Shown here: one piece after another, positions 19,902-29,514 of the stretch
How the letters are laid out: every line of letters starts with the position of its first letter
How positions within the stretch are numbered: the stretch's first letter is position 1
NCBI GenBank assembly: GCA_025999335.1
Contig: AP024681.1
Location: 459,547 to 523,546, forward strand
Reading direction: 5' to 3'
Source: Candidatus Parcubacteria bacterium
GTDB lineage: Bacteria; Patescibacteriota; Minisyncoccia; UBA6257; HR35
DNA length: 64,000 nucleotides
Program-made: the position numbers and the translations under genes
Notes under the pieces: generated by a model
Told to the model about the DNA's origin: nothing
The model's database searches: none
The model's input: the letters and a program-made list of their open reading frames with translations, nothing else

Positions 19902-20929
19902 TTTTAGAAAATAAGTTTTTAGTTATTGATTTTGGTTCGGTTAATATCAAGGTTATAGAAGCGATAAAAAAAGGATCAACAATTGAAGTAACTAATTTTG
20001 GCATTGTGCCGATTATTAATTTTAAAGAAGTTATATCGTCTTCGTATATTTTAGAAGAGAACATTGCTTTAATTTTAAAAAATTTTTTGCAAGAAACTAA
20101 TATTAAAACAAAGCAAGTTTATTTTAGCGTGCCATCTCCTTATATATTCTCAACTAATTTTATTGTTCCTAATATTCCTGAAAGAAATTTACCGCAAGTT
20201 ATTACTTTTGAATCACAAAAACAGTTGCCTCTATCGGTTAGCGATATTGAGATAGAATATCGATATTTTTTAAGTCAAGGAGAAGATCAAGCTAATCAAT
20301 GGTTGATCTTTTTAGTTGCGACACCAAAAAGTTATATTAAGAAGTTAGAGAATATTTGTAATTTCACACAACTAAAATTTGCTGGCTATGGCGCTGAATA
20401 TTTTAATGTGGAATCATTTTTTAAAGATAAGCCTGGTAATTTTGTGGTTATTGATATTGGACATGCTTATGGCAATATATGTTTGATTAAGAATGGCAAA
20501 ATTAATTATGCTAACAAATTAAAAATTCGTGCTTATGATTATCTTAATTCCATAATGAATGCTACTCAATATCCCGAATCTCAGGTTTTAGATTTTGTTG
20601 CTAAAAAAGGTTTTGCTTTTAATCCAGAAGAAAAAGATTTAAAAAATTTAGCAAATGTTTTTTTAGATTCTGTAGCTTCGACTGTTCAATCAGAAATTAC
20701 AAGACTAGAAACAAGCTTTTTAGCAAGGGTGGATAAAATTTATTGGACAGGGGGAGCGGTTATTTTAGATAATTTTTTCGATGAAATGTTGAAAAGATTA
20801 TTGCGTTATCAACAAGAAATTTTAACGCCTGCTAATTTTGTTTATGGTGATAAATTTAAAATGCTGAAAGAAAAATCAACACTTTTTACTCAAGTTACAG
20901 GACTTCTTTTGAAAAAAATAATCGGTTAA
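19889..20929 (+). CDS. pilM: Type IV pilus assembly protein PilM (actin-like ATPase)
   Basis: 346 aa. LVIDFGSVNIKVIEA is the PilM/FtsA-like N-terminal phosphate-1 motif. The annotated start overlaps the divergent comFC start by 13 bp, so the true start may be slightly downstream. Confidence 0.65.
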   Translation: MIFSFLENKFLVIDFGSVNIKVIEAIKKGSTIEVTNFGIVPIINFKEVISSSYILEENIALILKNFLQETNIKTKQVYFSVPSPYIFSTNFIVPNIPERNLPQVITFESQKQLPLSVSDIEIEYRYFLSQGEDQANQWLIFLVATPKSYIKKLENICNFTQLKFAGYGAEYFNVESFFKDKPGNFVVIDIGHAYGNICLIKNGKINYANKLKIRAYDYLNSIMNATQYPESQVLDFVAKKGFAFNPEEKDLKNLANVFLDSVASTVQSEITRLETSFLARVDKIYWTGGAVILDNFFDEMLKRLLRYQQEILTPANFVYGDKFKMLKEKSTLFTQVTGLLLKKIIG

Positions 20930-20994
20930 AATATAATTATAAGTTTAGAGTTTATGATTTATATTAAATTTTTCGTTATTGATCTTTAATTTAT

Positions 20995-21519
20995 ATGCCA
21001 GACATTAGCACTAATATAAAAAATATTATTCCTGTGGGTTTAGTATTTCCTTTTTTGTTGATTTTAATCATAGAATTCGGTATTGATATGGGTTTACAGT
21101 CTTACAATAGTAAGTTAGAGAATACTAAAAATAGCTTAATTAACGAAATTAAAGATATTAAGAATAAATCCGGCGATGAAATAAATAAAAGACCTGAATT
21201 TAATTTCTTCTCGCGGTTCGTTAATGTCGCTACCTTGATTAAAGAAAGAAAAAGAATTAAAGATGTTATTGATTCTTTTAATAGAATAATGCCTACTTTT
21301 GTTGATATAAGCAATTTTAATTACGATGCTGAAAAGCAACAGATAACCTTTCAAGCATCGGTATCTAATTGGAGAGATTATGTTAGGCTTTATAAATATT
21401 TATATAGTCAAAATAAAATTCGAGTTGAATCATTTTCATTGCCAACAGGCGATGAAGCCACAGGAAAAATAAATTTTTCAATTGCGATTATTTTAAACAG
21501 TAATTTTTTTGAAAAGTAA
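20995..21519 (+). CDS. pilN: PilN-like pilus assembly protein
   Basis: 174 aa, bitopic with a single TM near the N-terminus, located immediately after pilM. Confidence 0.5.
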   Translation: MPDISTNIKNIIPVGLVFPFLLILIIEFGIDMGLQSYNSKLENTKNSLINEIKDIKNKSGDEINKRPEFNFFSRFVNVATLIKERKRIKDVIDSFNRIMPTFVDISNFNYDAEKQQITFQASVSNWRDYVRLYKYLYSQNKIRVESFSLPTGDEATGKINFSIAIILNSNFFEK

Positions 21520-21521
21520 TA

Positions 21522-22064
21522 ATGGGACTTATATTTAAACTTTTGCCAATTTTGCTTATCGTAGCTGTTTTATATGTTTTAATGTATAATCTTATTCCTA
21601 CTTTTAAAACGACAATTAATTTAGCCAACGAACTTAAAAAATTAGAAGCTGAAAAAAAGAGTTTGAAAGTAGCTGAAGAATTTGTTAATTCTTTGTCAGC
21701 AAAAATTCCTATTCAAAGTACTAACATCCAGGAATTTCAGAAAAGTTTATTAAAATTTTTACCCGCTGATCCTTTGGAAGAAGAATTAATTTATCAATTA
21801 TATGTTTATCACAAGGATTTTGGTTATAAATTTTCAGGTTTGAGCATTGGCAAAGGAGGTGAAAAATCATTAAATGATCAAATTTTACCAGTGAAAACAT
21901 TAACTTTTTCTTTATCTTTGAAAGATGATTTGGACAAGATCGTTAAATTTATTTCTACTTTGGAAGAAAATGTGCGTATTTTATCAATAAAAAATTTTAA
22001 TGTTGATCGTAATGGCAATGCAAGTTTTAACGTCGAAGCTTATTTTATGCCTTTGGCATATTAA
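21522..22064 (+). CDS. pilO: PilO-like pilus assembly protein
   Basis: 180 aa with an N-terminal TM and a coiled coil (ANELKKLEAEKKSLKVAEEF), in the canonical position after pilN. Confidence 0.5.
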   Translation: MGLIFKLLPILLIVAVLYVLMYNLIPTFKTTINLANELKKLEAEKKSLKVAEEFVNSLSAKIPIQSTNIQEFQKSLLKFLPADPLEEELIYQLYVYHKDFGYKFSGLSIGKGGEKSLNDQILPVKTLTFSLSLKDDLDKIVKFISTLEENVRILSIKNFNVDRNGNASFNVEAYFMPLAY

Positions 22065-22070
22065 AAGCGA

Positions 22071-22577
22071 ATGAATAAAAGTTTTTTAACCATCATAATT
22101 AATTCTCTATTTTTAGTAATGTTGCTGATAGGTGTTTTTTACTTTCTTTTTGTTAGATTTGTAAAAAGTATTCCTGATATGGAAGTGCCTCCTGAATTAT
22201 CTTTTGTTAATAGAAAAGCTACTTTTTTTCAAGAATACACAAAATCTAATGATTGGACGAATACAATAGAGACATTACAAAAATCACTTGGTATTTCTTT
22301 TAAATTACTTGCTGATTTAGATAATAAAAATTTTTTCGCTATTAGTTCTAATGAATTAACTAGGACATCTTTATTTACTAAAAATATTCAATTACCGCCT
22401 CCAACATTAACAACTTCATTACCACCTCAGTCAGACAACCAGCCAACACCATCAACGACTTCGACGGCAACTTCAACACCAACTTCAACGACTACAACAT
22501 CGACAGCGACTTCAACTAATTTTCCTACAACAACAAAGGTTAGCACATCTTCTAAAAGTAATGCTCCGAAAAGATAA
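22071..22577 (+). CDS. Membrane-anchored protein with a Ser/Thr/Pro-rich tail, encoded within the pilus operon (possibly a PilP analogue)
   Basis: 168 aa with an N-terminal TM. The C-terminus is PTPSTTSTATSTPTSTTTTSTATST. Confidence 0.5.
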   Translation: MNKSFLTIIINSLFLVMLLIGVFYFLFVRFVKSIPDMEVPPELSFVNRKATFFQEYTKSNDWTNTIETLQKSLGISFKLLADLDNKNFFAISSNELTRTSLFTKNIQLPPPTLTTSLPPQSDNQPTPSTTSTATSTPTSTTTTSTATSTNFPTTTKVSTSSKSNAPKR

Positions 22578-22676
22578 GATTAATTCAAATGATAAAATTA
22601 ACATTGATTAATCATTATTTATTCTTATAAAATAAATAAGAGCGTTAGTGAATAGCAAATTATTAAAATTTTTAAA

Positions 22677-24383
22677 ATGAAAGACGAACAAATAATAAAT
22701 TTTTTTTCAAGCAAATACCCAGAAATTAATAATTGGCTTATTGATGCAAAAATTAATAACATTTCTTTTGAAGATTATATTTTTAATAAAAGCCTTATTC
22801 CAATTGAAGAATTTTTAAATTTTAAAGCGTCAATTTACAATTTACCTATCAAGGTTTTTCAAGTTGACGAAACAATCCCTAAAGATATTTTAAATAAGAT
22901 ACCCGAAGCAGTAGCTCGTAACTATAAAATTTTAGCTTTGGAATTAAGAAATAATGTTTTGTACATTGGTGTTGTTGATCCAGAAGTGCCTGATTTGCAT
23001 AATAAAGTTTTAGAACCATTAAAAAATAATTTAAAATTAGAACCTCAATTAGTATTAATTTCCGTTAAAGACTTCTATTTACATTTAGAAGATTATTCTG
23101 ATTTTGAAAATGAAATGAAAAAATATGTTTTAGATTTTCGAAGTAGTAGTGGACGTAAGCTTGACACCGATAAACCTTTAGCTTTTCAACAGGAAGTTAT
23201 TAGTAGCGAAGAAGGTCCTATTATTAGATTGTTTGAGTTGTTAGTTAGAAAAGCTGTTGCTATTCGAGCTTCAGATATACATTTAGAACCTTTACCGGAT
23301 AAAGCGCGTATTCGTTTTCGTTTGTTTGGTGATTTAAAAACTATAGCTTATTTTCCTAAAGATGTTCATAATCCTTTAGTTAACAGAGTTAAAATTTTAA
23401 CCAATTTAAGATTAGACGAAACAAGAGTTACGCAAGATGGACGTTTTCGAGCGGTTGTTCATGGAAGAGAAATTGATTTTCGTGTTGGTATTTTGCCAAC
23501 TATTAACGGAGAAAAAGTTGCCATAAGAATTTTAGACCCCTTGGTTGGTCTTAAAAAGATTAAAGATTTAGGGTTAGCTGATTATCATATAGATATGATG
23601 TTAAGAAATATTTCTAAAACATTTGGAATGATTCTAGTTACCGGTCCAACTGGTTCAGGAAAAACAACAACTTTATACGCTTTAATTCAAGAAATTAATA
23701 ACGATAAAATTAATATTATTAGTTTGGAAGACCCTGTTGAATATAAAGTTTTTGGCATTAACCAATCACAAATTAGACCTGAAATTGGTTATTCTTTTGC
23801 TAAAGGTTTACGGGAAATTTTAAGACAGGATCCTGATGCTATTTTGGTTGGTGAGATTCGCGATGAAGAAACAGCTGAATTAGCTACTCATGCTGCTTTA
23901 ACAGGACATATAGTTTTTTCAACTTTGCATACTAATACTGCCCCAGGAGCGATACCTCGTTTGATAGATATGGGGGTCAAGAATTATTTTTTGCCATCAA
24001 CTTTAAATTTAGTTATTGCTCAACGATTAGTTAGAGATTTATGTCAAAATTGTTTAGTTGAAAAATCCTGTCCTAAAGAAATTATTAGCGAAGCTGAAAA
24101 AGCCTTACAAGATTTACCTGATAATTTGCGTAATTTTGAAATTAAATGTTTTGACGCTAAAGGTTGCGATAAATGTCACAATCGTGGTTATATAGGTAGA
24201 ATAGGTATTTTTGAAATGTTTGAAATGACGAAAGAGCTTTCTGATATAATATTAGAACATAAAGGAGAGGGTGAGATTTTAGAGATTTTAAAAAAGCAAA
24301 ATTTTATTTCTTTACGAGCTGATGGTATAATTAAAGCGAGTAAAGGATTGGTTTCTTTAGAAGAAGTATTTAAAGTTACTTAA
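22677..24383 (+). CDS. pilB: Type IV pilus assembly ATPase PilB (GspE family)
   Basis: 568 aa. It has the Walker A motif VTGPTGSGKTTTLYA, Asp/His boxes and the tetracysteine motif CQNC…CDKC typical of PilB/GspE. Confidence 0.85.
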   Translation: MKDEQIINFFSSKYPEINNWLIDAKINNISFEDYIFNKSLIPIEEFLNFKASIYNLPIKVFQVDETIPKDILNKIPEAVARNYKILALELRNNVLYIGVVDPEVPDLHNKVLEPLKNNLKLEPQLVLISVKDFYLHLEDYSDFENEMKKYVLDFRSSSGRKLDTDKPLAFQQEVISSEEGPIIRLFELLVRKAVAIRASDIHLEPLPDKARIRFRLFGDLKTIAYFPKDVHNPLVNRVKILTNLRLDETRVTQDGRFRAVVHGREIDFRVGILPTINGEKVAIRILDPLVGLKKIKDLGLADYHIDMMLRNISKTFGMILVTGPTGSGKTTTLYALIQEINNDKINIISLEDPVEYKVFGINQSQIRPEIGYSFAKGLREILRQDPDAILVGEIRDEETAELATHAALTGHIVFSTLHTNTAPGAIPRLIDMGVKNYFLPSTLNLVIAQRLVRDLCQNCLVEKSCPKEIISEAEKALQDLPDNLRNFEIKCFDAKGCDKCHNRGYIGRIGIFEMFEMTKELSDIILEHKGEGEILEILKKQNFISLRADGIIKASKGLVSLEEVFKVT

Positions 24384-24393
24384 TTTAAAATTT

Positions 24394-25455
24394 ATGGATC
24401 AAAGATTAAAAGATTATTTACTTTTTGTAGCTCAACAAGGAGGTTCTGACTTGCATATCTTGCCGGGAAGTTTTCCGGTAATGAGAAAAGACGGGGATCT
24501 TTTTCCGATGACGCAATTTGATATTATTAGCGGCGAAGAAAGTAAAAAAATGTTATTTTCTTTGCTTAACAATGACACTGAAGAAAAATTAAAAACTTTT
24601 AAAGATGTTGATTTTTCTTTTTCTCTTGACGAAAAAGTACGATTTCGAGTAAACATTTATTTGCAAGCCAATGGTTATGCCGGTGCTTTTAGATTTATAC
24701 CCAATGAAATGAAGAGTATTGAAGAATTGAATTTGCCTGTTATTTTAAATGAATTTATTGAAAGAAGACAAGGATTTATTTTGTTAACCGGACCCGCGGG
24801 TACTGGTAAATCAACTACTTTAGCTTCATTGATAGATACTATTAATCACCAAAGACAAGACCACATTATTACCATTGAAGAGCCAATTGAGTATTTATTT
24901 GTTTCTGATAAAGCTGTTATTTCTCAAAGAGAAATTCCTACTCATGCACCTGATTGGCATAGAGCTTTGAAAGGAGCTTTGCGTCAAGATCCCGATGTAT
25001 TGATGATTGGTGAATTGAGAGATGCCGAGTCTATTTCTATTGCTTTAACCGCAGCGGAAACAGGACACTTAGTTTTAGCAACAATGCATACTAACTCCGC
25101 AGCACAAACAGTTGATCGTATAGTTGATGTTTTGCCAGAAAATCAAAAAAACCAAGGAAGGTTACAGCTAGCTTCGACTTTAATAGGTATTGTCTCTCAG
25201 AGATTAGTACCTCGTATTAAAGGAGGTCGTATTCCTGCTTGTGAAGTGCTAATAGCTAATAATGCAGTCAGAAACTTGATTCGTGAAAATAAAATATACC
25301 AAATAGATAGTGTTATCGATACAAGTTTAAGCGAAGGAATGTTTTCTTTAGAGCGTTCTTTAGTTAATTTAATTCAAATGGATGAGATTACTTTAGAAAA
25401 AGCGATTGAATATAGTCTCAAGCCAAGCAAGTTGAAGTATTTATTAGAAGAATGA
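24394..25455 (+). CDS. pilT: Twitching-motility retraction ATPase PilT
   Basis: 353 aa. It has LLTGPAGTGKSTTLASLID and the PilT-type motif GHLVLATMHTNSAAQTVDRIVDV. Confidence 0.85.
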   Translation: MDQRLKDYLLFVAQQGGSDLHILPGSFPVMRKDGDLFPMTQFDIISGEESKKMLFSLLNNDTEEKLKTFKDVDFSFSLDEKVRFRVNIYLQANGYAGAFRFIPNEMKSIEELNLPVILNEFIERRQGFILLTGPAGTGKSTTLASLIDTINHQRQDHIITIEEPIEYLFVSDKAVISQREIPTHAPDWHRALKGALRQDPDVLMIGELRDAESISIALTAAETGHLVLATMHTNSAAQTVDRIVDVLPENQKNQGRLQLASTLIGIVSQRLVPRIKGGRIPACEVLIANNAVRNLIRENKIYQIDSVIDTSLSEGMFSLERSLVNLIQMDEITLEKAIEYSLKPSKLKYLLEE

Positions 25456-25495
25456 TATTTTGTAATAAATTATTAAATTATCTACTTAACAATAG

Positions 25496-26698
25496 ATGAA
25501 ATTTGAATTCAAAGCTTTTACTCAAGATGGTAAATTAAAAGAGGGTATTATTACTGCCAACGATAAAGATGCTGCCATTAAATTATTGCAAGATCAAGGT
25601 TTGTTGGTAACATATTTACAAGAGAAAAAAATTTCTTTGCTGTTTTTATTTAGAAAGCCTGGCTTAAACGATTTGTATCTTTTTACAAAACAGTTATCTT
25701 ATCTTTTAAAAGCTCGTACTCCTTTAGATGAGGCTATTAAAACATTATCGCAGTCTAATGCTAATCCTATTTTTAAATCTATCTTAATAGAGATTTATAA
25801 TGATCTAGTTGCGGGCGTAACTTTTTCTCAATCGTTATCAAGATTTCCTGAAATTTTTAATTCTTATTATGTTGGTATGGTTATTGTTGGCGAATCAGTT
25901 GGTACTTTAGATGAAATTTTAGATTATTTAGCTAATCACTTAAATGCTCAAAGAAGATTTAAAAGTAGGTTATTGCAAGCAGCTATTTATCCAATCGTAG
26001 TTGTTTCTTTGTTTATTGGCGTAATGATTGCTTTATTTTATTTTGTTATTCCGCAGATAACTAAATTATTTACTGACAATGGCATTCCTTTGCCTGGGGT
26101 TACTAAATTGTTTCAATCAATTTCTGATTTTATAATAAACTTCGGATTGTTTTTGTTGATTATTTTTGGTTTTATGATTTATTATTTTGTTCAGTATGTG
26201 CAAACAAGAGAAGGTAGAGCAGCATTGTTTAGAATTAGCAACGGTTTGCCGATTTTTGGTAGTTTAATTAAAAATTTGTATACAGCTCAATTTTTAGAAT
26301 CTCTTTTTTATCTTTTAAAAGGTGGCGTGCCTATTGTTGAGTCTTTGCAAATTATTAAAACAAGCATTAACCATCCTTTATACGAAGATGTTTTAGAAGT
26401 TATTATCGAAGATGTAAAAAAGGGAATGCCATTAAGTCAGAGTTTAAGCAATTTTCCTGATCTATTTCCTAATTTAGTTATTGAAGGTATGAGAACTTCA
26501 GAGAAAACAGGACAGTTAGCTGAAGTGACTCTTACAATATACGGTTTTTATAACGAGGCTATTGAAGCTCAAGTAGCTGGTTTAGCAGAAAGCTTACAAC
26601 CAATTTTAATTATCTTTTTAGGTGCGGGTTTAGGTATTCTTGAAGCTTCCTTATTAATTCCTCTTTTGGAATTGACAAAATATGTTCAAACTTTTTAA
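25496..26698 (+). CDS. pilC: Type IV pilus inner-membrane platform protein PilC (GspF family)
   Basis: 400 aa with two GspF-like repeats and 3–4 TM segments. Confidence 0.8.
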   Translation: MKFEFKAFTQDGKLKEGIITANDKDAAIKLLQDQGLLVTYLQEKKISLLFLFRKPGLNDLYLFTKQLSYLLKARTPLDEAIKTLSQSNANPIFKSILIEIYNDLVAGVTFSQSLSRFPEIFNSYYVGMVIVGESVGTLDEILDYLANHLNAQRRFKSRLLQAAIYPIVVVSLFIGVMIALFYFVIPQITKLFTDNGIPLPGVTKLFQSISDFIINFGLFLLIIFGFMIYYFVQYVQTREGRAALFRISNGLPIFGSLIKNLYTAQFLESLFYLLKGGVPIVESLQIIKTSINHPLYEDVLEVIIEDVKKGMPLSQSLSNFPDLFPNLVIEGMRTSEKTGQLAEVTLTIYGFYNEAIEAQVAGLAESLQPILIIFLGAGLGILEASLLIPLLELTKYVQTF

Positions 26699-27542
26699 TG
26701 ATGTTTTTTTCTTTGTTTTTGGGCTTTTTTGGGGATCTTTTTTGAATAATGTAGCTTTACGTTTGGAAAGTGGTGAAGATTTTTTATATTCTCGCTCTAA
26801 ATGTCCTGCTTGTCAAAAGAATTTACGCTGGTATGAATTAATTCCTATTTTAAGTTTTATTATTCAAAAAGGTAAATGTCGGCATTGTTCTAAAAAGATT
26901 TCTTGGCGTTATCCTTTGATTGAAATTCTTACAGGTTTATGGGTTATGCTGTTAACTAAAAATATTCTTGGCTATAGTTTAAATTATTTTTTTCTTGTAG
27001 AGTTTATTTTTTATTTTTTATTTTTAAGTATTATTTTTGTTTTGGGTTTATACGATTGGCGAACCTTTCTTGTTGATGATCGTTTTGTGATTGTTGGCGG
27101 TATTGTGGGTTTAATATTTAATATTTGGCATAAATTTTTTAATATTCCTTATAGAGATTTTACGGATTTATATTTGTTAAATAATTATTTTTATTCTTTA
27201 TTTTTTTCTAATAGTATTTTTGATTTTTTAATATCGCCTTTATTGATGTTTTTTTTGTTTTTGCTGATTTATTTATTAAGTAAAGGACAAGGTCTAGGCT
27301 TTGGTGATGTTAAGATTATTTTTGTTATCGGTTTATTTTTAAGATTAGGAGATATTTTGCTGATGTTGATTGTTAGTTCTTTTTTAGGTTTTTTATATGG
27401 ATTAGGGATTATTATAAAATATAAAAATTTTAAGCAACCAATACCTTTTGTGCCTTTTTTCTTTTTAGGTATAATTTTAATTATATTTTTTGGTAAATAT
27501 TTATCTCAATTCTATTTGAATACTTTACATCTATCTTTGTAG
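26682..27542 (+). CDS. pilD: Prepilin peptidase (A24 family)
   Basis: 286 aa. It has the N-terminal CPAC…CRHC zinc motif, a polytopic membrane topology and a GFGDVK motif. Confidence 0.8.
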   Translation: MFKLFNDVFFFVFGLFWGSFLNNVALRLESGEDFLYSRSKCPACQKNLRWYELIPILSFIIQKGKCRHCSKKISWRYPLIEILTGLWVMLLTKNILGYSLNYFFLVEFIFYFLFLSIIFVLGLYDWRTFLVDDRFVIVGGIVGLIFNIWHKFFNIPYRDFTDLYLLNNYFYSLFFSNSIFDFLISPLLMFFLFLLIYLLSKGQGLGFGDVKIIFVIGLFLRLGDILLMLIVSSFLGFLYGLGIIIKYKNFKQPIPFVPFFFLGIILIIFFGKYLSQFYLNTLHLSL

Positions 27543-27591
27543 TTTTAAGAGAGCATTATCATTTTTTAGACTTTTTTAAAAAGAGTGTTTA

Positions 27592-27600
27592 TGTTATAAT
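27592..27600 (+). promoter_or_regulatory. Extended -10 element (TGtTATAAT) 9 bp upstream of the gatC start
   Basis: The sequence tgttataat ends at 27600 and the ATG is at 27610, which implies a very short or absent leader. Confidence 0.5.
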
Positions 27601-27609
27601 TTTTTTATA

Positions 27610-27915
27610 ATGTTAAACATTGAAAATGTTAAATATTTAGCAAAATTAGCACGTTTGGATATTAGCGATGATGAGGCGTTAGAATTGAAAAATGATTTAG
27701 ATAAAATTTTAAAGTATGTTGAAAAAATTAATGAATTAAAACTAGATAGTTTAGATACTTTGACAAATATTATAGAAAGATTAGAATTGCGTGAAGATAA
27801 AGATTTGGCGAATATTAGCAATGATGATTATCAAGATGAAGTTGAAAGAATTATTAATAATTTTCCTGATAAAGATAATCGTTATCTAAAAGTACCTAAA
27901 GTTTTAATAAAATAA
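27610..27915 (+). CDS. gatC: Asp/Glu-tRNA(Asn/Gln) amidotransferase subunit C
   Basis: 101 aa. MLNIENVKYLAKLARLDISDDEALELKNDLDKIL matches the GatC N-terminus. Confidence 0.75.
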   Translation: MLNIENVKYLAKLARLDISDDEALELKNDLDKILKYVEKINELKLDSLDTLTNIIERLELREDKDLANISNDDYQDEVERIINNFPDKDNRYLKVPKVLIK

Positions 27916-27974
27916 ATTTTTATTACCTTTTAATTATTTTCTGTTTAATTTTTAATTTTTTATTTTTTTAAAAA

Positions 27975-29450
27975 ATGCTTATTAAAAAACCACCAATAGT
28001 TGTTATTTTAGGGCATATTGACCATGGTAAAACTACTTTATTAGATGCTTTACGAAAAACAAATCTTGCTGCTAAGGAAATAGGTGGTATTACTCAAAAA
28101 ATCGGCGCTTATGAAATAGTTTACAAAGATGAGAAAATAACTTTTATTGATACTCCAGGACATCAAGCTTTTAATAAATTGCGTGAACGTGGTGTCAAGG
28201 TTGCCGATATAGCTATCGTTGTTGTTGCTGCTGATGAAGGTTTAAAGCCACAAACTTTAGAAAGCTTTGAATATTTAAAAGTATCTAAAATGCCTTATAT
28301 TGTTGCTTTAACAAAAATAGATAAGAAAGACGCTGATGTTCAGAGAGTAACTTCGCAGTTAGTAAATATTGGCATTATACCTGAAAAGTTTGGAGGCGAT
28401 ATTCCCATTGTCGAAGTTTCGGCGGTAACTAACGAAGGATTGAATGATTTATTAGAAATTATTATTTTGCTTCGTGATATTAACGATTGGAAAGTTGACA
28501 CCGATGTCGCTGGCAAAGGATTTATTCTTGAATCTTTTAAAGATGAAAAGAGAGGATTTTGTGCTTCCGGCATTATTACTGAAGGCTCTTTAAAGTTAGG
28601 CGATTTATTGATTACTAAAAGTTCTTTTTGTAAGATAAAATTTTTAGAGGATGATCTTGGCAGAAAAATTGATTCCGCTTTACCTTCCAAGCCGTTTTTA
28701 GTTGGTAATTTTAATAATTTAGTTTTTGCCGGGGAAGCCTTTATGATTGGAACTCCCGATGCTTTAAAGGATTTTCAGGATCAGCTAGCTAAGCAAGAAA
28801 CTAATTTTAGACAACAAGTTATTATTTCTTTGCCAACCGAAAATATTGATAATAAAACTAACGGAAAACAATTTCTACTTATTGTTAAGGCTGACAATTT
28901 AGGAAGTTTAGAAGCGTTAGAAAAAATCCTTTTAAATATTATTGAGACTAAGAATATTGATTGTAAAATTATTAAAAGTGACGTTGGCGCAGTTACTATT
29001 GATGATATTAATTTAGCTAAAAATTTTCAGGGAATTATCTTAAGTTTTAACCTGAAAACTTCTAAACATATTTTAGAAATCATAAAAAACTATAATATAG
29101 TTTTTTTTGAAAGTAATATTATTTATGATTTAGAAGAAAAATTTCTTAATTATATTCTTAATTTAGACAATAATTTGCAAAAAAATAAAGGGGTTTTAGA
29201 AGTGTTAGCAACCTTTGGTGTAGCTAAAAATAAAAAAACCATAGGTGGAAAAGTAATTGAAGGTGTGATTAAATTAAACAGTCGAGTTATGATTCAAAGT
29301 GTTAATGGCGAAGAATTAGGTTATGGCAAGATTATTAGTTTAGAAAAAAATAAAGTACCTGTAAATGAAGTAAAAGCAGAAGAATTATGCGGTTTAATAA
29401 TAGATACTAATACTACTATTAGCAAAGGAGATAAAATTATATGCTTATAA
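27975..29450 (+). CDS. infB: Translation initiation factor IF-2, minimal form starting at the G domain
   Basis: 491 aa. It begins PPIVVILGHIDHGKTTLLDA (G1), followed by DTPGH and NKID. No N-terminal domains are present upstream of the G domain. Confidence 0.8.
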   Translation: MLIKKPPIVVILGHIDHGKTTLLDALRKTNLAAKEIGGITQKIGAYEIVYKDEKITFIDTPGHQAFNKLRERGVKVADIAIVVVAADEGLKPQTLESFEYLKVSKMPYIVALTKIDKKDADVQRVTSQLVNIGIIPEKFGGDIPIVEVSAVTNEGLNDLLEIIILLRDINDWKVDTDVAGKGFILESFKDEKRGFCASGIITEGSLKLGDLLITKSSFCKIKFLEDDLGRKIDSALPSKPFLVGNFNNLVFAGEAFMIGTPDALKDFQDQLAKQETNFRQQVIISLPTENIDNKTNGKQFLLIVKADNLGSLEALEKILLNIIETKNIDCKIIKSDVGAVTIDDINLAKNFQGIILSFNLKTSKHILEIIKNYNIVFFESNIIYDLEEKFLNYILNLDNNLQKNKGVLEVLATFGVAKNKKTIGGKVIEGVIKLNSRVMIQSVNGEELGYGKIISLEKNKVPVNEVKAEELCGLIIDTNTTISKGDKIICL

Positions 29451-29471
29451 ATTAAAACTATTGTAGTTTTA

Positions 29472-29480
29472 TGTTATAAT
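29472..29480 (+). promoter_or_regulatory. Extended -10 element (TGtTATAAT) upstream of tRNA-Lys
   Basis: Same 9-mer as at 27592, lying 34 bp before the tRNA. Confidence 0.45.
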
Positions 29481-29514
29481 TTATTAAGGGTTTTTAATGT
29501 TGATGACAAATTCC

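Noticed and set aside
19882-21354. ORFs 19882–20064 (−), 21102–21314 (−) and 21136–21354 (−)
   Set aside because: Antisense to pilM and pilN. They are chance ORFs in AT-rich sequence.
24432-24656. ORF 24432–24656 (−)
   Set aside because: Antisense within pilT.
27594-28690. ORFs 27594–27821 (−) and 28340–28690 (−)
   Set aside because: Antisense to gatC and infB respectively.
29451-29470. Possible intrinsic terminator after infB (AAAACUA-UUG-UAGUUUU)
   Set aside because: The stem is almost entirely A·U with a 3-nt loop and no clear U-tract beyond the stem itself. It is too weak to call.
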